Numbered from the stretch's first letter, positions 47,248 to 57,743 are shown. The stretch: DNA of 64,000 nucleotides from an uncultured Thiohalophilus sp. (GCA_964539595.1 CAZIJT010000001.1:4142-68141); one strand, 5' to 3'. A program made the numbers and translations. Notes: generated by a model not told the origin, from the sequence alone.

Positions 47248-50200
47248 TTAATAGGCCGCTTGAGCGCAGCGTTCACAGTTTCGGTTCAGCGTTTTTTGAT
47301 CGCCTTTTTTGATAAGCTGATAAAGCTGCTGTATTTTCCCAGAGGGTTCAATTGCAAAAGTGGCATTGAGAAGGCTACAGCAATGATCATAAACCGCCAG
47401 TGCTTCAGCACTATTGCCCTGACCCGCATGACATTTCATCAAACCATAATAATATTCCTCAGAAAGCGGATCCAGTTCCAGTACCTTCTCATACAGGCTG
47501 ATAACCTTTGCACACTGCCCGGCACGACTATAGAAGCTGATCAGCCGCTTGATGCTGCGTAATAGTTTTGTTTGCAAACGCCCTCGTTGCGCCAGCATCC
47601 AGCCCATCTGAGTTTCTTTATCCATAAACGCGCCGTGGTAGAGCTTAAAGATACATTGCATTTTCTGCTCAACAGCGTCCAGCCCGGGTGTATCAGACAA
47701 TGACAACAGGGCTTCCAGTTCACCAATGCTGCGTTCATAGGCCCAGCTATCCAGCCAGCAGAAATGATCGTTCAGGCTCAAGCGGCCATCGTGAATGCAT
47801 AACATTTCACTACCTAGCAGTTTGCGCAATCGCGATAACGTAGTGGTAAAAGCACTGTGTGCGCTATCCCCTTCAGCATCCGGCCATAGGGCTTCGCTAA
47901 TTTTTGCTTCACTGACATCGCGCCCCCCCATAGCGATCAGAGCTTTAAGCAACTCGACCGGCTTATTTTGTCCCTTGCCATTAACACTCACAGGGGTGTC
48001 ATTTAGCAACACGCTGAAACGACCAAGGGAATAAATTTTGACCCGCCAGGGCCAGTTATCCAGATGCAGCGGCGGACTACTGGATTTTAATTTTCGCGTT
48101 ATAATTAGCTTTTGAATATAGCCAACTTCAATATTATTTTCCAAGGCTTTGATGCATAACTCGCACATGGCATCAGCTCGCCACCAGTCTGTATTCAGAT
48201 AATTTTTCTCTGCACCGATAGCCATCGCCTGCGCCAGCACGGATGCTCCTGCATCATTATTATCACTGGCATAATAAAGTTCAGCCTGCGTTAGATGGAG
48301 ATTAAAGTTAAGCAGGCTACTGTTGATCTGCTCAGCTAATGCGAGGCTCTTGTTCAACCAGCTCTGTGCCTCATCATGCTTACCCGATTCAATCAATATT
48401 CTGGCCATGGCGAGAAAGTTAAGCGCTTCGGGATAAGGCGTGCCTAGTTCAACCACTGCCTGTAACGATCTTCTGACATGCAGCACGGCGCGTTCATTAT
48501 TTTTTTCTCGCAATGCTGCCAGTGCCGCAAGATAGTAGTAATGAGCCTGATGAAGTCGACCGTTTTCATCCATGATGGCGAGTATGTTTTCCAGATATCT
48601 CGACCACTGATCAGCACTACATGTCTCCAGCGCTAAATAAGCGGCCTGCGCGCGTAAAATAAAATCCCAGAGATGAATGCCGGTTTTATCCGCTAGTGCC
48701 AGTCCTGCCTGTACTGATTTTTGGCTTTGCTCAAAATTTGCCGTCAACCAGAAATGCATGGCTTCGGTTTGATGCCAGGCAATCAGGTTAACCGGCTGCA
48801 CATTATCAATTGTTGCTGAGGGTTGTAATCGTTCGATCACTGCCGTGGCCTTCTCAAACTCACCCATCCACGCCAGATACAGCACATAGTGTGTAGCAAT
48901 GGCGATGCGTCTATTTTTATCTGGCAAATGTTCCAGCATGCGGCCAAGCCGTTGTGACCAAACAGGCATATCCGGGTGCTGAGGTTGTCGGTACATCAAA
49001 CTGCAAAACATGGCGAAGATAATTCGTGCTTCAACTTCCGGCGAGGGAAATACCGGATTCTTCTGCATGAAGCTTTCCATCCAGACTATCCAGCGATCCA
49101 GTGGTTTGAAATCATCCCAGGAGAAGATAAAGCTATCCACAATCCCTGCCCAACTCATGTAGATGCCATTATCATCCTTGTCTTTATCAAACCGTTCCAA
49201 TGCATTTTCATAAAGATCTCTTGCGCCATGAGGATCCATCGGCAGGGCGGCAGTGGCTGACCAGTAGGCAATCCAGGCCGAGTGTTGCTCATGAGGAATA
49301 CAGTTAATCAACTGTTGCAGCTGTAAAAACTGACCCTGCTCAAGCAGCGAAGGAGCATGCTGCATAATTAAGGATTCTATTTCATTAAATGCAGCCGCAG
49401 ACTGAAGCAATTCAACAGCAGCTTGAAAATGACCCAACGTTGTTAATAGCCCGGCTGCTTTTTTCTGCAATGCGGTGCGTTGTTCGGAAGAAAAATTGTC
49501 CTGCTGTTTTTGCAGCAGAAATTCTCGAAACACGGGGGAAAAAGTATAATGCGGATAGGGCTGCGAATGCTGTTGCGTGAAAAATCCTCGCTGACTGAAC
49601 GCGGACATCCATTCACCACTCTGCTCATCCCCGGTTAGTTCAACCAGCAAAGCGTCTGGTATCTCATCTAATGGGGCGCAGCGCATCAACAACACCTGTT
49701 GCTGTTCGTCTAACTGACTAAAAACCTCACATTGCAAATAATTGCTTACCCTCCCCGACGTTATCACTTTATCAACGACATCACTTCCCTGCTGTAGCTG
49801 TAAGACCATTCCCCCAACCCAACCCTGAAAGTGCTCATACAATGCAGTAACACTGTCGGCAGAAACTTTGTCATAACCCAGTAGCGGCACTAGTTCGAGC
49901 GTTTCCTCTTTGCTGAATTCAAATATCTGATGTTCCAGACTAACGATAGACTGGTTTAGCAATAGCGCGGAGAATTGATCAGGGATATTTTCACGACTAA
50001 TAATAAATAGTCGATTATTTTCGGGCAGAGATGAGACAGCAATCTCTAAAAACTGCGGCAGAAGGCTTTCTGCTGAGAGTGTCTGGTAATTATCAAACAC
50101 CAGTGCAAAGGGGAATCCCGGCACTACATAGGCCGTTTCGAAAAATTGGCGTGCAAACCTGTCAATATCATCAGAGTCCGTTAGCTGACAGTGAAACGTT

Positions 50201-50493
50201 TGTTTGCTATGACCGCTAAGATTTTTTATCGCCTGGCCAAGATTTTGAAAAAAATATATGGGATCATTATCGTGTTTGTCCAGTGAATAGCAGAGCGGTG
50301 TAACATTCCGCAGCTTCATATAACTGGCCAACGCCCAGCTTTTCCCCGCACCGGGCGGTCCGCTTATCCAGACGGCTGATTGTTCTGAAGCAGCATCCAG
50401 CGCATCAAATATGCGTTTACGATTTAGGCCATTTGCATTCTCAGGAACGGCGTTCCTGTTAGCATCGCCTTTTGTTGAAATTATCTTATCCAT
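47248..50493 (-). CDS. STAND-like ATPase - TPR - winged-helix/BTAD (SARP-type) transcriptional regulator
   Basis: It has a P-loop (GPPGAGKS) near the N-terminus, a long helical-repeat middle region, and a C-terminal OmpR-like wHTH (IYSLGRFSV...KPVELLKALI). A BTAD-like block follows. Confidence 0.7.
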   Translation of the reverse strand: MDKIISTKGDANRNAVPENANGLNRKRIFDALDAASEQSAVWISGPPGAGKSWALASYMKLRNVTPLCYSLDKHDNDPIYFFQNLGQAIKNLSGHSKQTFHCQLTDSDDIDRFARQFFETAYVVPGFPFALVFDNYQTLSAESLLPQFLEIAVSSLPENNRLFIISRENIPDQFSALLLNQSIVSLEHQIFEFSKEETLELVPLLGYDKVSADSVTALYEHFQGWVGGMVLQLQQGSDVVDKVITSGRVSNYLQCEVFSQLDEQQQVLLMRCAPLDEIPDALLVELTGDEQSGEWMSAFSQRGFFTQQHSQPYPHYTFSPVFREFLLQKQQDNFSSEQRTALQKKAAGLLTTLGHFQAAVELLQSAAAFNEIESLIMQHAPSLLEQGQFLQLQQLINCIPHEQHSAWIAYWSATAALPMDPHGARDLYENALERFDKDKDDNGIYMSWAGIVDSFIFSWDDFKPLDRWIVWMESFMQKNPVFPSPEVEARIIFAMFCSLMYRQPQHPDMPVWSQRLGRMLEHLPDKNRRIAIATHYVLYLAWMGEFEKATAVIERLQPSATIDNVQPVNLIAWHQTEAMHFWLTANFEQSQKSVQAGLALADKTGIHLWDFILRAQAAYLALETCSADQWSRYLENILAIMDENGRLHQAHYYYLAALAALREKNNERAVLHVRRSLQAVVELGTPYPEALNFLAMARILIESGKHDEAQSWLNKSLALAEQINSSLLNFNLHLTQAELYYASDNNDAGASVLAQAMAIGAEKNYLNTDWWRADAMCELCIKALENNIEVGYIQKLIITRKLKSSSPPLHLDNWPWRVKIYSLGRFSVLLNDTPVSVNGKGQNKPVELLKALIAMGGRDVSEAKISEALWPDAEGDSAHSAFTTTLSRLRKLLGSEMLCIHDGRLSLNDHFCWLDSWAYERSIGELEALLSLSDTPGLDAVEQKMQCIFKLYHGAFMDKETQMGWMLAQRGRLQTKLLRSIKRLISFYSRAGQCAKVISLYEKVLELDPLSEEYYYGLMKCHAGQGNSAEALAVYDHCCSLLNATFAIEPSGKIQQLYQLIKKGDQKTLNRNCERCAQAAY

Positions 50494-50650
50494 GTATTTC
50501 CTGAAACCCTCAACCCACTTTTGGCCTGAACACTCCCCCCATTAGTGAAAACAACGAGAAACGCTCGCCAAAATACTGATACCCATTTTACTGATTCTTC
50601 TTTATTTTGGTTTTATTGTCTATAAATACCACAACGCTGTATTTTTCATG

Positions 50651-50664
50651 TTGACGTCGATCAA
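50651..50664. promoter_or_regulatory. FNR/DNR-type box TTGACGTCGATCAA in the divergent regulator / ttcA intergenic region
   Basis: It matches TTGAT-N4-ATCAA. It lies about 150 bp upstream of both flanking starts (50493 on the minus strand, 50816 on the plus strand). Confidence 0.5.
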
Positions 50665-50815
50665 GCCAAAACCGGCGGTTATTATTAATCTGTCTGGACG
50701 GGGAAAGAAAAAGGGATAATGGCTGACAAATTTTTTAAGCGAACATGTCGCTGCTAAACGGCAGACCTTGTGCTACATCTTTGATTGGAGAGCATCTCGC
50801 GCTACACTGCATCCC

Positions 50816-51565
50816 ATGTCAGATTCAAGCAAAGAATTAATTAAAATGCCCAAGGCGCTGATGCGTCCTATTGGTCGCGCGATTGCCGACCACCAGATGA
50901 TCAACGACGGCGACCGAATCGTACTGGGGCTATCCGGTGGCAAGGACTCCCTCACACTACTCCATGCCCTGCGCCGTCTGCAACGCCATGCGCCGATTCA
51001 TTTTGAGCTGGCCGCACTCACTGTCGATCCACAAATCGAAGGCTTTAACCCTGAGCATTTGAAACACTATCTGGCCACGCTGGGCATTCCCTACTTCTAT
51101 GAATCTCAGGCCATTGCCGAACAGGCCGAAAGCCAGTTAAAAAATGACTCCTTCTGTTCTTTTTGCTCGCGGATGAAACGCGGCATCATGTACAGCAGCC
51201 TGCGCCGTGAAGGTTATAACGTGCTGGCGCTGGGGCAACATCTGGATGATCTGGCCGAGAGTTTTATGATGTCGGCCTTTCGTGGTGGCCAGCTGCGCAC
51301 CATGAAAGCTAATTATAAAAATCGTGAGGGTGATATTCGTATCATCCGCCCGATGATCTATGTGCGCGAACGTCAGACTCGCGCCTTTGCCGATGCGGTA
51401 CAACTACCGATTATTCCTGACAGTTGCCCCGCCTGTTTTGGTATGCCCACCGAACGAGAGCACATGAAACAATTACTCGCCGCCGAAGAGCAACACAACA
51501 AAACTCTGTTCAAAAGCCTGCTCACCGCGATGACACCGTTGTTATCGAAAACCGATGCGCAATAA
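50816..51565 (+). CDS. ttcA: tRNA 2-thiocytidine biosynthesis protein TtcA
   Basis: I used the internal start MSDSSKE. It has the PP-loop GLSGGKDS and two CxxC pairs (CSFCSR, CPAC). Confidence 0.85.
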   Translation: MSDSSKELIKMPKALMRPIGRAIADHQMINDGDRIVLGLSGGKDSLTLLHALRRLQRHAPIHFELAALTVDPQIEGFNPEHLKHYLATLGIPYFYESQAIAEQAESQLKNDSFCSFCSRMKRGIMYSSLRREGYNVLALGQHLDDLAESFMMSAFRGGQLRTMKANYKNREGDIRIIRPMIYVRERQTRAFADAVQLPIIPDSCPACFGMPTEREHMKQLLAAEEQHNKTLFKSLLTAMTPLLSKTDAQ

Positions 51566-52432
51566 ATGATGCTGCTTGTTTTAAAAATTCTGGCACACCT
51601 GCCCTTGCCAGTGGTTCAATTTATCGCCTGGCCGCTAGGTCTACTGCTCATCATCATCCCCAATAAACAACGCCATTGCGCGCGCATCAATGTTCGCATC
51701 TGCCTACCACACTATTCATTTTGGCATCGGCAATGGATCTGGATGCGCAGTCTGATTGAATTAGTTAAAACTTTATTGGAAACACCACGCCTATGGTTAG
51801 GAGATGCCGATAAAGTGCTGCAACTGGTGCGCAAAGTCGATGGGCTTGACGCCGTTAAACAGGCAGCAGCGGAGGGTAACGGCCTGATTCTATTTGCCCC
51901 TCATCTGGGTAACTGGGAGATGGCCGGACTCGCCTATTCTAGTTACTTGCCCATGACGATCATGTATCGGGCACAAAAAAACCCGCAACTCGATGAGATT
52001 ATTCACACGGGGCGCAAACGTTTTGGCGGCCAATTAGTCCCTGCAAATCGTAAAGGTTTAGCCTTAATGCTAAAGCATCTGCGTGAGAAAAAAACTATCG
52101 GCATGTTGCCCGATCAAAACCCCGGTGCCGGAGCCGGTGTCTATGTTCCCTTCTTTGGTATTGCGGCCAACACCCCAGTCTTTGCCGCTCGCCTAGCCAA
52201 CCGCACGCACGCCCCCGCCTTCATTATTACGGTTGAACGTCTGAGCTTTGGGCGTGGCTACCATCTGCACATCGCCGCTGCCAGTGATGAGCTATATGAC
52301 AAGGATGTAGAAAAAGGCGCGGCCAGCATGAATCGCGACATGGAAAAATTAATTCTTCGTCGCCCTGAACAGTATTGGTGGGGTTATAATCGTTTTCGTC
52401 ATCGTCCTGAAGGCGAGCCCGAGCTTTATTAA
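51566..52432 (+). CDS. lipid A biosynthesis (LpxL/HtrB family) lysophospholipid acyltransferase
   Basis: 288 aa with an N-terminal TM helix, the PHLGNWE (H-x4-E/D) acyltransferase motif and an LPDQ block. Confidence 0.75.
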   Translation: MMLLVLKILAHLPLPVVQFIAWPLGLLLIIIPNKQRHCARINVRICLPHYSFWHRQWIWMRSLIELVKTLLETPRLWLGDADKVLQLVRKVDGLDAVKQAAAEGNGLILFAPHLGNWEMAGLAYSSYLPMTIMYRAQKNPQLDEIIHTGRKRFGGQLVPANRKGLALMLKHLREKKTIGMLPDQNPGAGAGVYVPFFGIAANTPVFAARLANRTHAPAFIITVERLSFGRGYHLHIAAASDELYDKDVEKGAASMNRDMEKLILRRPEQYWWGYNRFRHRPEGEPELY

Positions 52433-54009
52433 AGTTGAGACTCAACTGGCAATAATGAATAGAACCAGACCTTAAACAGTTTCCATGTGCTCACCTGTGG
52501 TTCAGTCTGATAAATTTTCTGCACGTCACCTTTTTGCTCTTTCCAGTGAATTACATACTCATCAAAATTCCGGCCATCTTCATTTGCAGGCAATTTGACT
52601 CGCTGCAATTTCCAGGCTTCCTTTGGCATATCAGAGTCAAACCAAGAAGCAAAATTTTCGGCAAGTATCGGCACCTCAATCACTAATCCAATTTCCGTAT
52701 TAATATCAATTGAGCGCGGATCCAAGTTTAGCGAACCAACGAAAATCTTCCGCCTGTCAAAAATAAAACTCTTGGCATGCAGGCTGGCGCGCGATGAACT
52801 TCCCAGACTGGTATCTACATTTTCATCTGATTTCTTTCCCGGCTTTAGCTCATATAATTCTACTCCAGCCTCAAGCAAGTCCATGCGGTAACGACTGTAC
52901 CCTGAATGCACAATGCTCACATCATTAGCGGCCAGTGAGTTAGTTAATATACGAACCCGCACGCCACGTTTTACTAATGCGCCTAAAAACTCCACCCCTT
53001 GATTACCAGGAATGAAATAAGGTGATATCAAAATTAATTCCTTCTCCAGTTTTTCAATGAGTGGCGAAAACTGAGGCAACAGGTAGGTTGCTTCCTCGGC
53101 AGACTTGCCCAGCGCCTTATCTGGATGATCATAAAGAATATGCGCCTGCCCCCAGGAATACGGCAAATCGCCTTCGACTAACTGTTTAGCAATTTGCGTT
53201 TTACGCAAACGTGCTGCGTATTCTGAGCTTTGCATATCCAGAATAAATGTTTCGATATGTTGACGGAGAGTATCAAGATCTGAGTCAGTTGCCGCATTAT
53301 TATCAAACGTTGAAATAGGAATAACCGTATCACTGTTATAATATAAATCAAACGCGTGCGAAACCTCATCAACAACCATGCCTACCGCAACAACATCAAG
53401 ATCACCAAACTCAAGATCGGCGCGAGCCTGAAAATATTCATCACCAATATTTCGACCGCCGATAATGCTGGCCTGGCTATCTGCGGTAAGTGACTTATTG
53501 TGCATTCGTCGATTAACTTCGCTAAAACGCGTCAGAAAATCCATTGCCCGAACATTTCTTGATGCAAACGGATTAAACAGGCGAACTTCTATCAATGGGT
53601 GTCGATCAACCACCTGCATCTGTTCTTCAATATTTGCTGAATTAATATCATCCAGAAGAATACGTACCCGCACACCGCGATCCGCGGCTTTTAATAAACT
53701 ATAAAGAAGCAAATTACCCGTATCATCGTTATGCCAGATGTAATACTGCACATCGAGTGATTTTTCTGCGACCTCAATCAGCGCAAGACGGGCAAAGTAG
53801 GCATCCAGACCTTCGGTTAGCGGATAGATCCCCGATTGATTCTTGTGCTTACGCTGTAAGGGAGCGATAGCTCGCCCAAGTTCAGTCGTGGTAGTCGTAT
53901 TCGTAAGATGTAGACTGGGCGTGCGATCCGCCTGTTCTGGTAGTTGCGCACACGCTGAAAGCAGGAGCGCTATAAGTAGCAGCAGGGTATTACTATTTTG
54001 CTTATGCAT
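52429..54009 (-). CDS. phospholipase D / cardiolipin synthase-like lipoprotein
   Basis: Lipobox LLSAC and two HKD motifs (HNKSLTAD and HAKSFIFD). Confidence 0.8.
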   Translation of the reverse strand: MHKQNSNTLLLLIALLLSACAQLPEQADRTPSLHLTNTTTTTELGRAIAPLQRKHKNQSGIYPLTEGLDAYFARLALIEVAEKSLDVQYYIWHNDDTGNLLLYSLLKAADRGVRVRILLDDINSANIEEQMQVVDRHPLIEVRLFNPFASRNVRAMDFLTRFSEVNRRMHNKSLTADSQASIIGGRNIGDEYFQARADLEFGDLDVVAVGMVVDEVSHAFDLYYNSDTVIPISTFDNNAATDSDLDTLRQHIETFILDMQSSEYAARLRKTQIAKQLVEGDLPYSWGQAHILYDHPDKALGKSAEEATYLLPQFSPLIEKLEKELILISPYFIPGNQGVEFLGALVKRGVRVRILTNSLAANDVSIVHSGYSRYRMDLLEAGVELYELKPGKKSDENVDTSLGSSSRASLHAKSFIFDRRKIFVGSLNLDPRSIDINTEIGLVIEVPILAENFASWFDSDMPKEAWKLQRVKLPANEDGRNFDEYVIHWKEQKGDVQKIYQTEPQVSTWKLFKVWFYSLLPVESQL

Positions 54010-54042
54010 TTAAATTTTCCCTTTAGCAATAAGCGGTTCAGT

Positions 54043-54810
54043 TCACAAATCGTAATCGACAATCAACGGCGCGTGATCGGAAAACCATTTATCCTTATAA
54101 ACAAAAGCCGCCGTCACTTTATCTTTTAAACCCGGGGTAATAATTTGATAATCAATACGCCAACCAACATTGTTAGCCCGAGCATTACCGCGATTCGACC
54201 ACCAGGTGTATTGATCAGCTTCGCTATTCACTTCGCGAAAAGCATCCACGAAGCCTACCTTGTCAAATAACACGTCCAGCCAGGCACGTTCTTCCGGGGT
54301 GCAACCGGAATTCTTCTGATTGCTTTTCCAATTTTTTATATCAATTTCCTTGTGCACAATATTGTAATCACCACAGATGATAAATTCACGCCGCTTGCGA
54401 CGCATGGCTTTGAGATCCTCAAGAAAGTCATCCATAAATTTTAATTTATTGGCCTGACGTTCGTCGCTGGAAGAACCGGAGGGTAGATACAGGGAAGCAA
54501 TGCTGAGCTTGCCCAGATCGACCTGAATATAACGTCCCTCAGTATCCGCATGATTCCAACCGAGACCCGTAGTAATGGCATCCGGCTCAGCCCGAGAATA
54601 AATGGCCACTCCACTATAACCTTTTTTTTCGGCATCAAAATAATAACAATGATAACCCTCTGGATGAAATATTTTATCTTCAAGCTGATGCAGCTGCGCC
54701 TTGGTTTCCTGAATACAGACCACATCCGCATCCTGTGCCTGTAACCAGTCGAAAAAACCTTTTTTAGCGGCGGCTCGAATACCATTAACATTGGCTGTAA
54801 TTACGCGCAT
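54043..54810 (-). CDS. xthA: exodeoxyribonuclease III
   Basis: I used the internal start MRVITANVNGIRAA. It has the CIQETK, GDYN and SDHAP blocks. Confidence 0.9.
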   Translation of the reverse strand: MRVITANVNGIRAAAKKGFFDWLQAQDADVVCIQETKAQLHQLEDKIFHPEGYHCYYFDAEKKGYSGVAIYSRAEPDAITTGLGWNHADTEGRYIQVDLGKLSIASLYLPSGSSSDERQANKLKFMDDFLEDLKAMRRKRREFIICGDYNIVHKEIDIKNWKSNQKNSGCTPEERAWLDVLFDKVGFVDAFREVNSEADQYTWWSNRGNARANNVGWRIDYQIITPGLKDKVTAAFVYKDKWFSDHAPLIVDYDL

Positions 54811-54896
54811 GACTATTTTCCGAGAATTTAAAAAAGGTGTATCATACCTGTAGTAAAATGATTCTGTCTTCCTTCTCACAATAATACTGGCTCGCT

Positions 54897-55538
54897 ATGC
54901 ATCAATATCAAAAAGATTTTATCGAATTCGCTCTCTCACTAAACGTTCTACGCTTCGGTGAGTTCACCCTGAAATCCGGGCGCAGCAGTCCTTATTTTTT
55001 CAATGCCGGACTTTTTAATTCAGGCCAGTCGCTGGCACGACTGGGGCAGTTTTACGCCGCAGCCATTGTCGCCAGCAAGCTCGATTATGACGTCATGTTT
55101 GGCCCCGCCTACAAGGGAATTCCGCTGGCCGCCATTACCACGGTTGCACTGGCCGAACACCACCAGCAGGATGTTTCCTATTGTTTCAATCGCAAAGAGG
55201 CCAAGGATCACGGCGAAGGCGGTAACATCGTCGGCGCACCACTGGCGGGAAAAGTGCTAATCATTGATGATGTGATCACCGCCGGTACCGCGATCCGCGA
55301 ATCCATGCAGATTATCGATCAGGCCAATGCGGCTCCTGCCGGGGTGATCATCGCTCTGGATCGACAGGAAAAAGGTACGGGTGAGTTATCTGCGATTCAG
55401 GAAGTCGAACAGCAGTATGATATTCCGGTATTGAGCATCATCAAGCTCGAACACCTGATCAGCTATCTGGAAGATAAACCCGAGATGCAGGACAAACTGG
55501 AAGCCGTGCGCGCCTACCGTAAGCAATATGGGGTTTAA
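54897..55538 (+). CDS. pyrE: orotate phosphoribosyltransferase
   Basis: 213 aa with F.LKSGR.SPYFFN and the PRPP loop [13 protein letters not shown]. Confidence 0.95.
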   Translation: MHQYQKDFIEFALSLNVLRFGEFTLKSGRSSPYFFNAGLFNSGQSLARLGQFYAAAIVASKLDYDVMFGPAYKGIPLAAITTVALAEHHQQDVSYCFNRKEAKDHGEGGNIVGAPLAGKVLIIDDVITAGTAIRESMQIIDQANAAPAGVIIALDRQEKGTGELSAIQEVEQQYDIPVLSIIKLEHLISYLEDKPEMQDKLEAVRAYRKQYGV

Positions 55539-55555
55539 AGCTTTCAACCTAAAGA

Positions 55556-55610
55556 CTGTAGGTACGACTTCAGTCGTACAACCAGTACGATTAAAATCGT
55601 ACCTACATAG
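55556..55610. repeat. REP-like double palindrome (GTAGGTACGACTTCAGTCGTAC ... GTACGATTAAAATCGTACCTAC)
   Basis: It lies between the convergent pyrE and tauE-like genes. The core matches the elements at 7457 and 47124. Confidence 0.75.
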
Positions 55611-55623
55611 AACGACCCTCACC

Positions 55624-56373
55624 TCAACCGATAATCAGCTTCAGCCCCACCAGTATGGTCACCCACTCAAACACCCGTTTGATCATCTGGTTGCCTTTGA
55701 TAATCGAAAGGTGCGCACCCAAATACCCGCCCAACGCTGAGGCTATTAGTAATACCGGTATCCAGTCCCAGCGGATCGCGCCCTGTAAGCCCAACGTTAG
55801 CGCGCCACTGCTATTCCAGAACAGCCCCACCAGAATCAGCGTGTGGGCAACGGCACGTTTGTAATCCAGCCCGAACCAGCGCACCAGCCACAGGGTCACA
55901 AACAGGCCGGTGCCTGATGTCAGGGAACCATTGAGGATGCCGATGCAAAACAATACGCCACCACCGATAAGGCTGCCGCGAAGATCCCGATTGAGCGGCT
56001 GATAGTCCTGCCCCAATCGCTTGTTCAACCATGAATAAATTCCCAGTCCCAGCGTTAACACCCCTAGCGCCAGTTCTGCTGGTCTGTCCGGCACCTGCAA
56101 AATCACGCTGGCTCCCAGCACCACACCGGGAATGCCTGTAATTAAAAGTAACAGAACAAAGCGCCGTTCCAGACTTCCTTCACGAAAATGACGTAAAGAT
56201 GCGCCCACCCCCAGCGCAACACTTGCCAGCTTATGGGTGGCAAGTGCTACACTAAAGGGCAGGCCGAGGAAAATTAGCGCAGGCAGTTGCAGCAGACCCG
56301 CACCTCCCCCAGCAAAAGCGGAAAAAGCATTGGCTACCAAAGACACCACAAACAAAATCGCGTATTCAAGCAT
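55624..56373 (-). CDS. TauE/SafE (DUF81) family anion exporter membrane protein
   Basis: 249 aa with about 7-8 TM helices. The Gly-rich helices (AGGGAGLLQLPAL) are typical of this family. Confidence 0.65.
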   Translation of the reverse strand: MLEYAILFVVSLVANAFSAFAGGGAGLLQLPALIFLGLPFSVALATHKLASVALGVGASLRHFREGSLERRFVLLLLITGIPGVVLGASVILQVPDRPAELALGVLTLGLGIYSWLNKRLGQDYQPLNRDLRGSLIGGGVLFCIGILNGSLTSGTGLFVTLWLVRWFGLDYKRAVAHTLILVGLFWNSSGALTLGLQGAIRWDWIPVLLIASALGGYLGAHLSIIKGNQMIKRVFEWVTILVGLKLIIG

Positions 56374-56399
56374 GGTTTATTGTTAAATTACCGGACACT

Positions 56400-57044
56400 A
56401 TGACAGACAAAAAAATACCCACCGCTATTTCTATTTTTCTCCTGCTCGGCCTTATTCTCAGCAGCGCCAATCTTAGCGCTCGGGAAATCAAGTGCTGGCA
56501 AGGTCATGAAAATATACGCGAGTGCGGTGCCGTTGTGCCACCTGAATTTTCCCAGCAGCGCATCGAAATACTCAATGAACATGGTATTGTCACCAAGGTT
56601 ATACCCGCAGCCAAAACAAAAGCAGAACTGGCTGAAATCGCACGTCTGAAAAAATTAGAACAAAAGAGACAGCAACGTATTACCGAGCAAAAACGCAAGG
56701 ATAATATTCTGTTGCAAACCTATACCACGGAAAGAGATCTTGTTATTGATAATGAAAGCAAGGCGACGGCGATAAAAAGTATCATCGATATCACCAATAG
56801 TAATACCCACAGCCTGCAGAAAAATCTGGGCAGGCTACAAAAACGCGCCGCAGATTATGAACGTAGTGCCCAGAATATGCCGGAAATACTCACCGCTGAC
56901 ATGGAAAATCTGCTGCGTCAGATCAAAGACAATAATGACTTTATTGCCAAAAAACAGCAGGCGCTGATCGAACTAAGTAAACAGTTTGATATCGACATGG
57001 CACGCTACCGGCTACTGAAAAAGGGCAGGGTTAAATACAAATAG
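56400..57044 (+). CDS. secreted coiled-coil protein (hypothetical, DUF4124-like N-terminus)
   Basis: Signal peptide, a short Cys-containing N-terminal block, and then a Lys/Gln-rich helical region. Confidence 0.45.
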   Translation: MTDKKIPTAISIFLLLGLILSSANLSAREIKCWQGHENIRECGAVVPPEFSQQRIEILNEHGIVTKVIPAAKTKAELAEIARLKKLEQKRQQRITEQKRKDNILLQTYTTERDLVIDNESKATAIKSIIDITNSNTHSLQKNLGRLQKRAADYERSAQNMPEILTADMENLLRQIKDNNDFIAKKQQALIELSKQFDIDMARYRLLKKGRVKYK

Positions 57045-57057
57045 ACGCGGTAAAGGA

Positions 57058-57660
57058 TCAGTTCTTAAGCAATAACTGTCGCAACAACGGCCACTGACTA
57101 TCCCACATGTCTACCGGCGAACGTTTGAAGCCGCTACGCACAAACTGATGTATCCGGCCTTCGGCCTGCGCAATAAGCAGGTTAGCCATCGGCCCGACGG
57201 GCATCGATGCACTCAGCTCGCCATTCATTTCGCCTTCACGCAACACCTGCTTCAACTGGGTTTCCAGTCGTTCATAAAACTGATTCATGCGCAGGCGCAG
57301 GCGTTCGCTTTCACCCACCAGCGCATCCCCTGCCAGCAGACGACTAATCCCGGCATTGCGTGCCGAGAAGCCCAGAATAACCAGCAATATTTTTTCACAG
57401 CGAAGCAACATCCGTGACTCTTCCTGCAGGATGCGATTGACCAGCCCGAAAACCGAGTCCTCAATAAAATCGATCAGGCCTTCGAACATGCGCGCCTTGC
57501 TAGGAAAGTGCCGATACAGCGCGGCTTCGGAGACCCCCACTGCACGCGCCAGTCCTGCGGTAGTAATACGCTGGCCGGGACTTTTTTCCAGCTCCTGCGC
57601 CAGCGCTTCAAGAATCTGCTGACGACGTGAGGGTTTTTCTGTTTTATTTTCCTTGTTCAT
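57058..57660 (-). CDS. slmA: nucleoid occlusion factor SlmA (TetR family)
   Basis: Close to E. coli SlmA as I recall it: RRQQILEALAQELE...QRITTAGLARAVGVSEAALYRHFPSKARMFEGLIDFIEDS. It is adjacent to pyrE, dut and coaBC, as in enterics. Confidence 0.85.
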   Translation of the reverse strand: MNKENKTEKPSRRQQILEALAQELEKSPGQRITTAGLARAVGVSEAALYRHFPSKARMFEGLIDFIEDSVFGLVNRILQEESRMLLRCEKILLVILGFSARNAGISRLLAGDALVGESERLRLRMNQFYERLETQLKQVLREGEMNGELSASMPVGPMANLLIAQAEGRIHQFVRSGFKRSPVDMWDSQWPLLRQLLLKN

Positions 57661-57743
57661 ACATTTCCCATCAGACTATTACACATTCTATTATTTCATC
57701 ATCCGCGTGGGCTCAAAATTCGTATCGCCCCTACAGGATTGAG

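Noticed and set aside
47248-50493. STAND ATPase with TPR repeats as an antiviral Avs/NLR-like defence protein.
   Set aside because: The ATPase is N-terminal. The C-terminus is a winged-helix plus BTAD DNA-binding module rather than a nuclease, protease or other effector. There are no neighbouring defence or mobile genes. A MalT/SARP-like transcription factor is the simpler reading.
52429-54009. PLD-family protein as a defence nuclease or toxin.
   Set aside because: It has a lipoprotein signal peptide, two full HKD motifs and housekeeping neighbours (lpxL-like, xthA). This fits a periplasmic/envelope phospholipase or cardiolipin-synthase-like enzyme.
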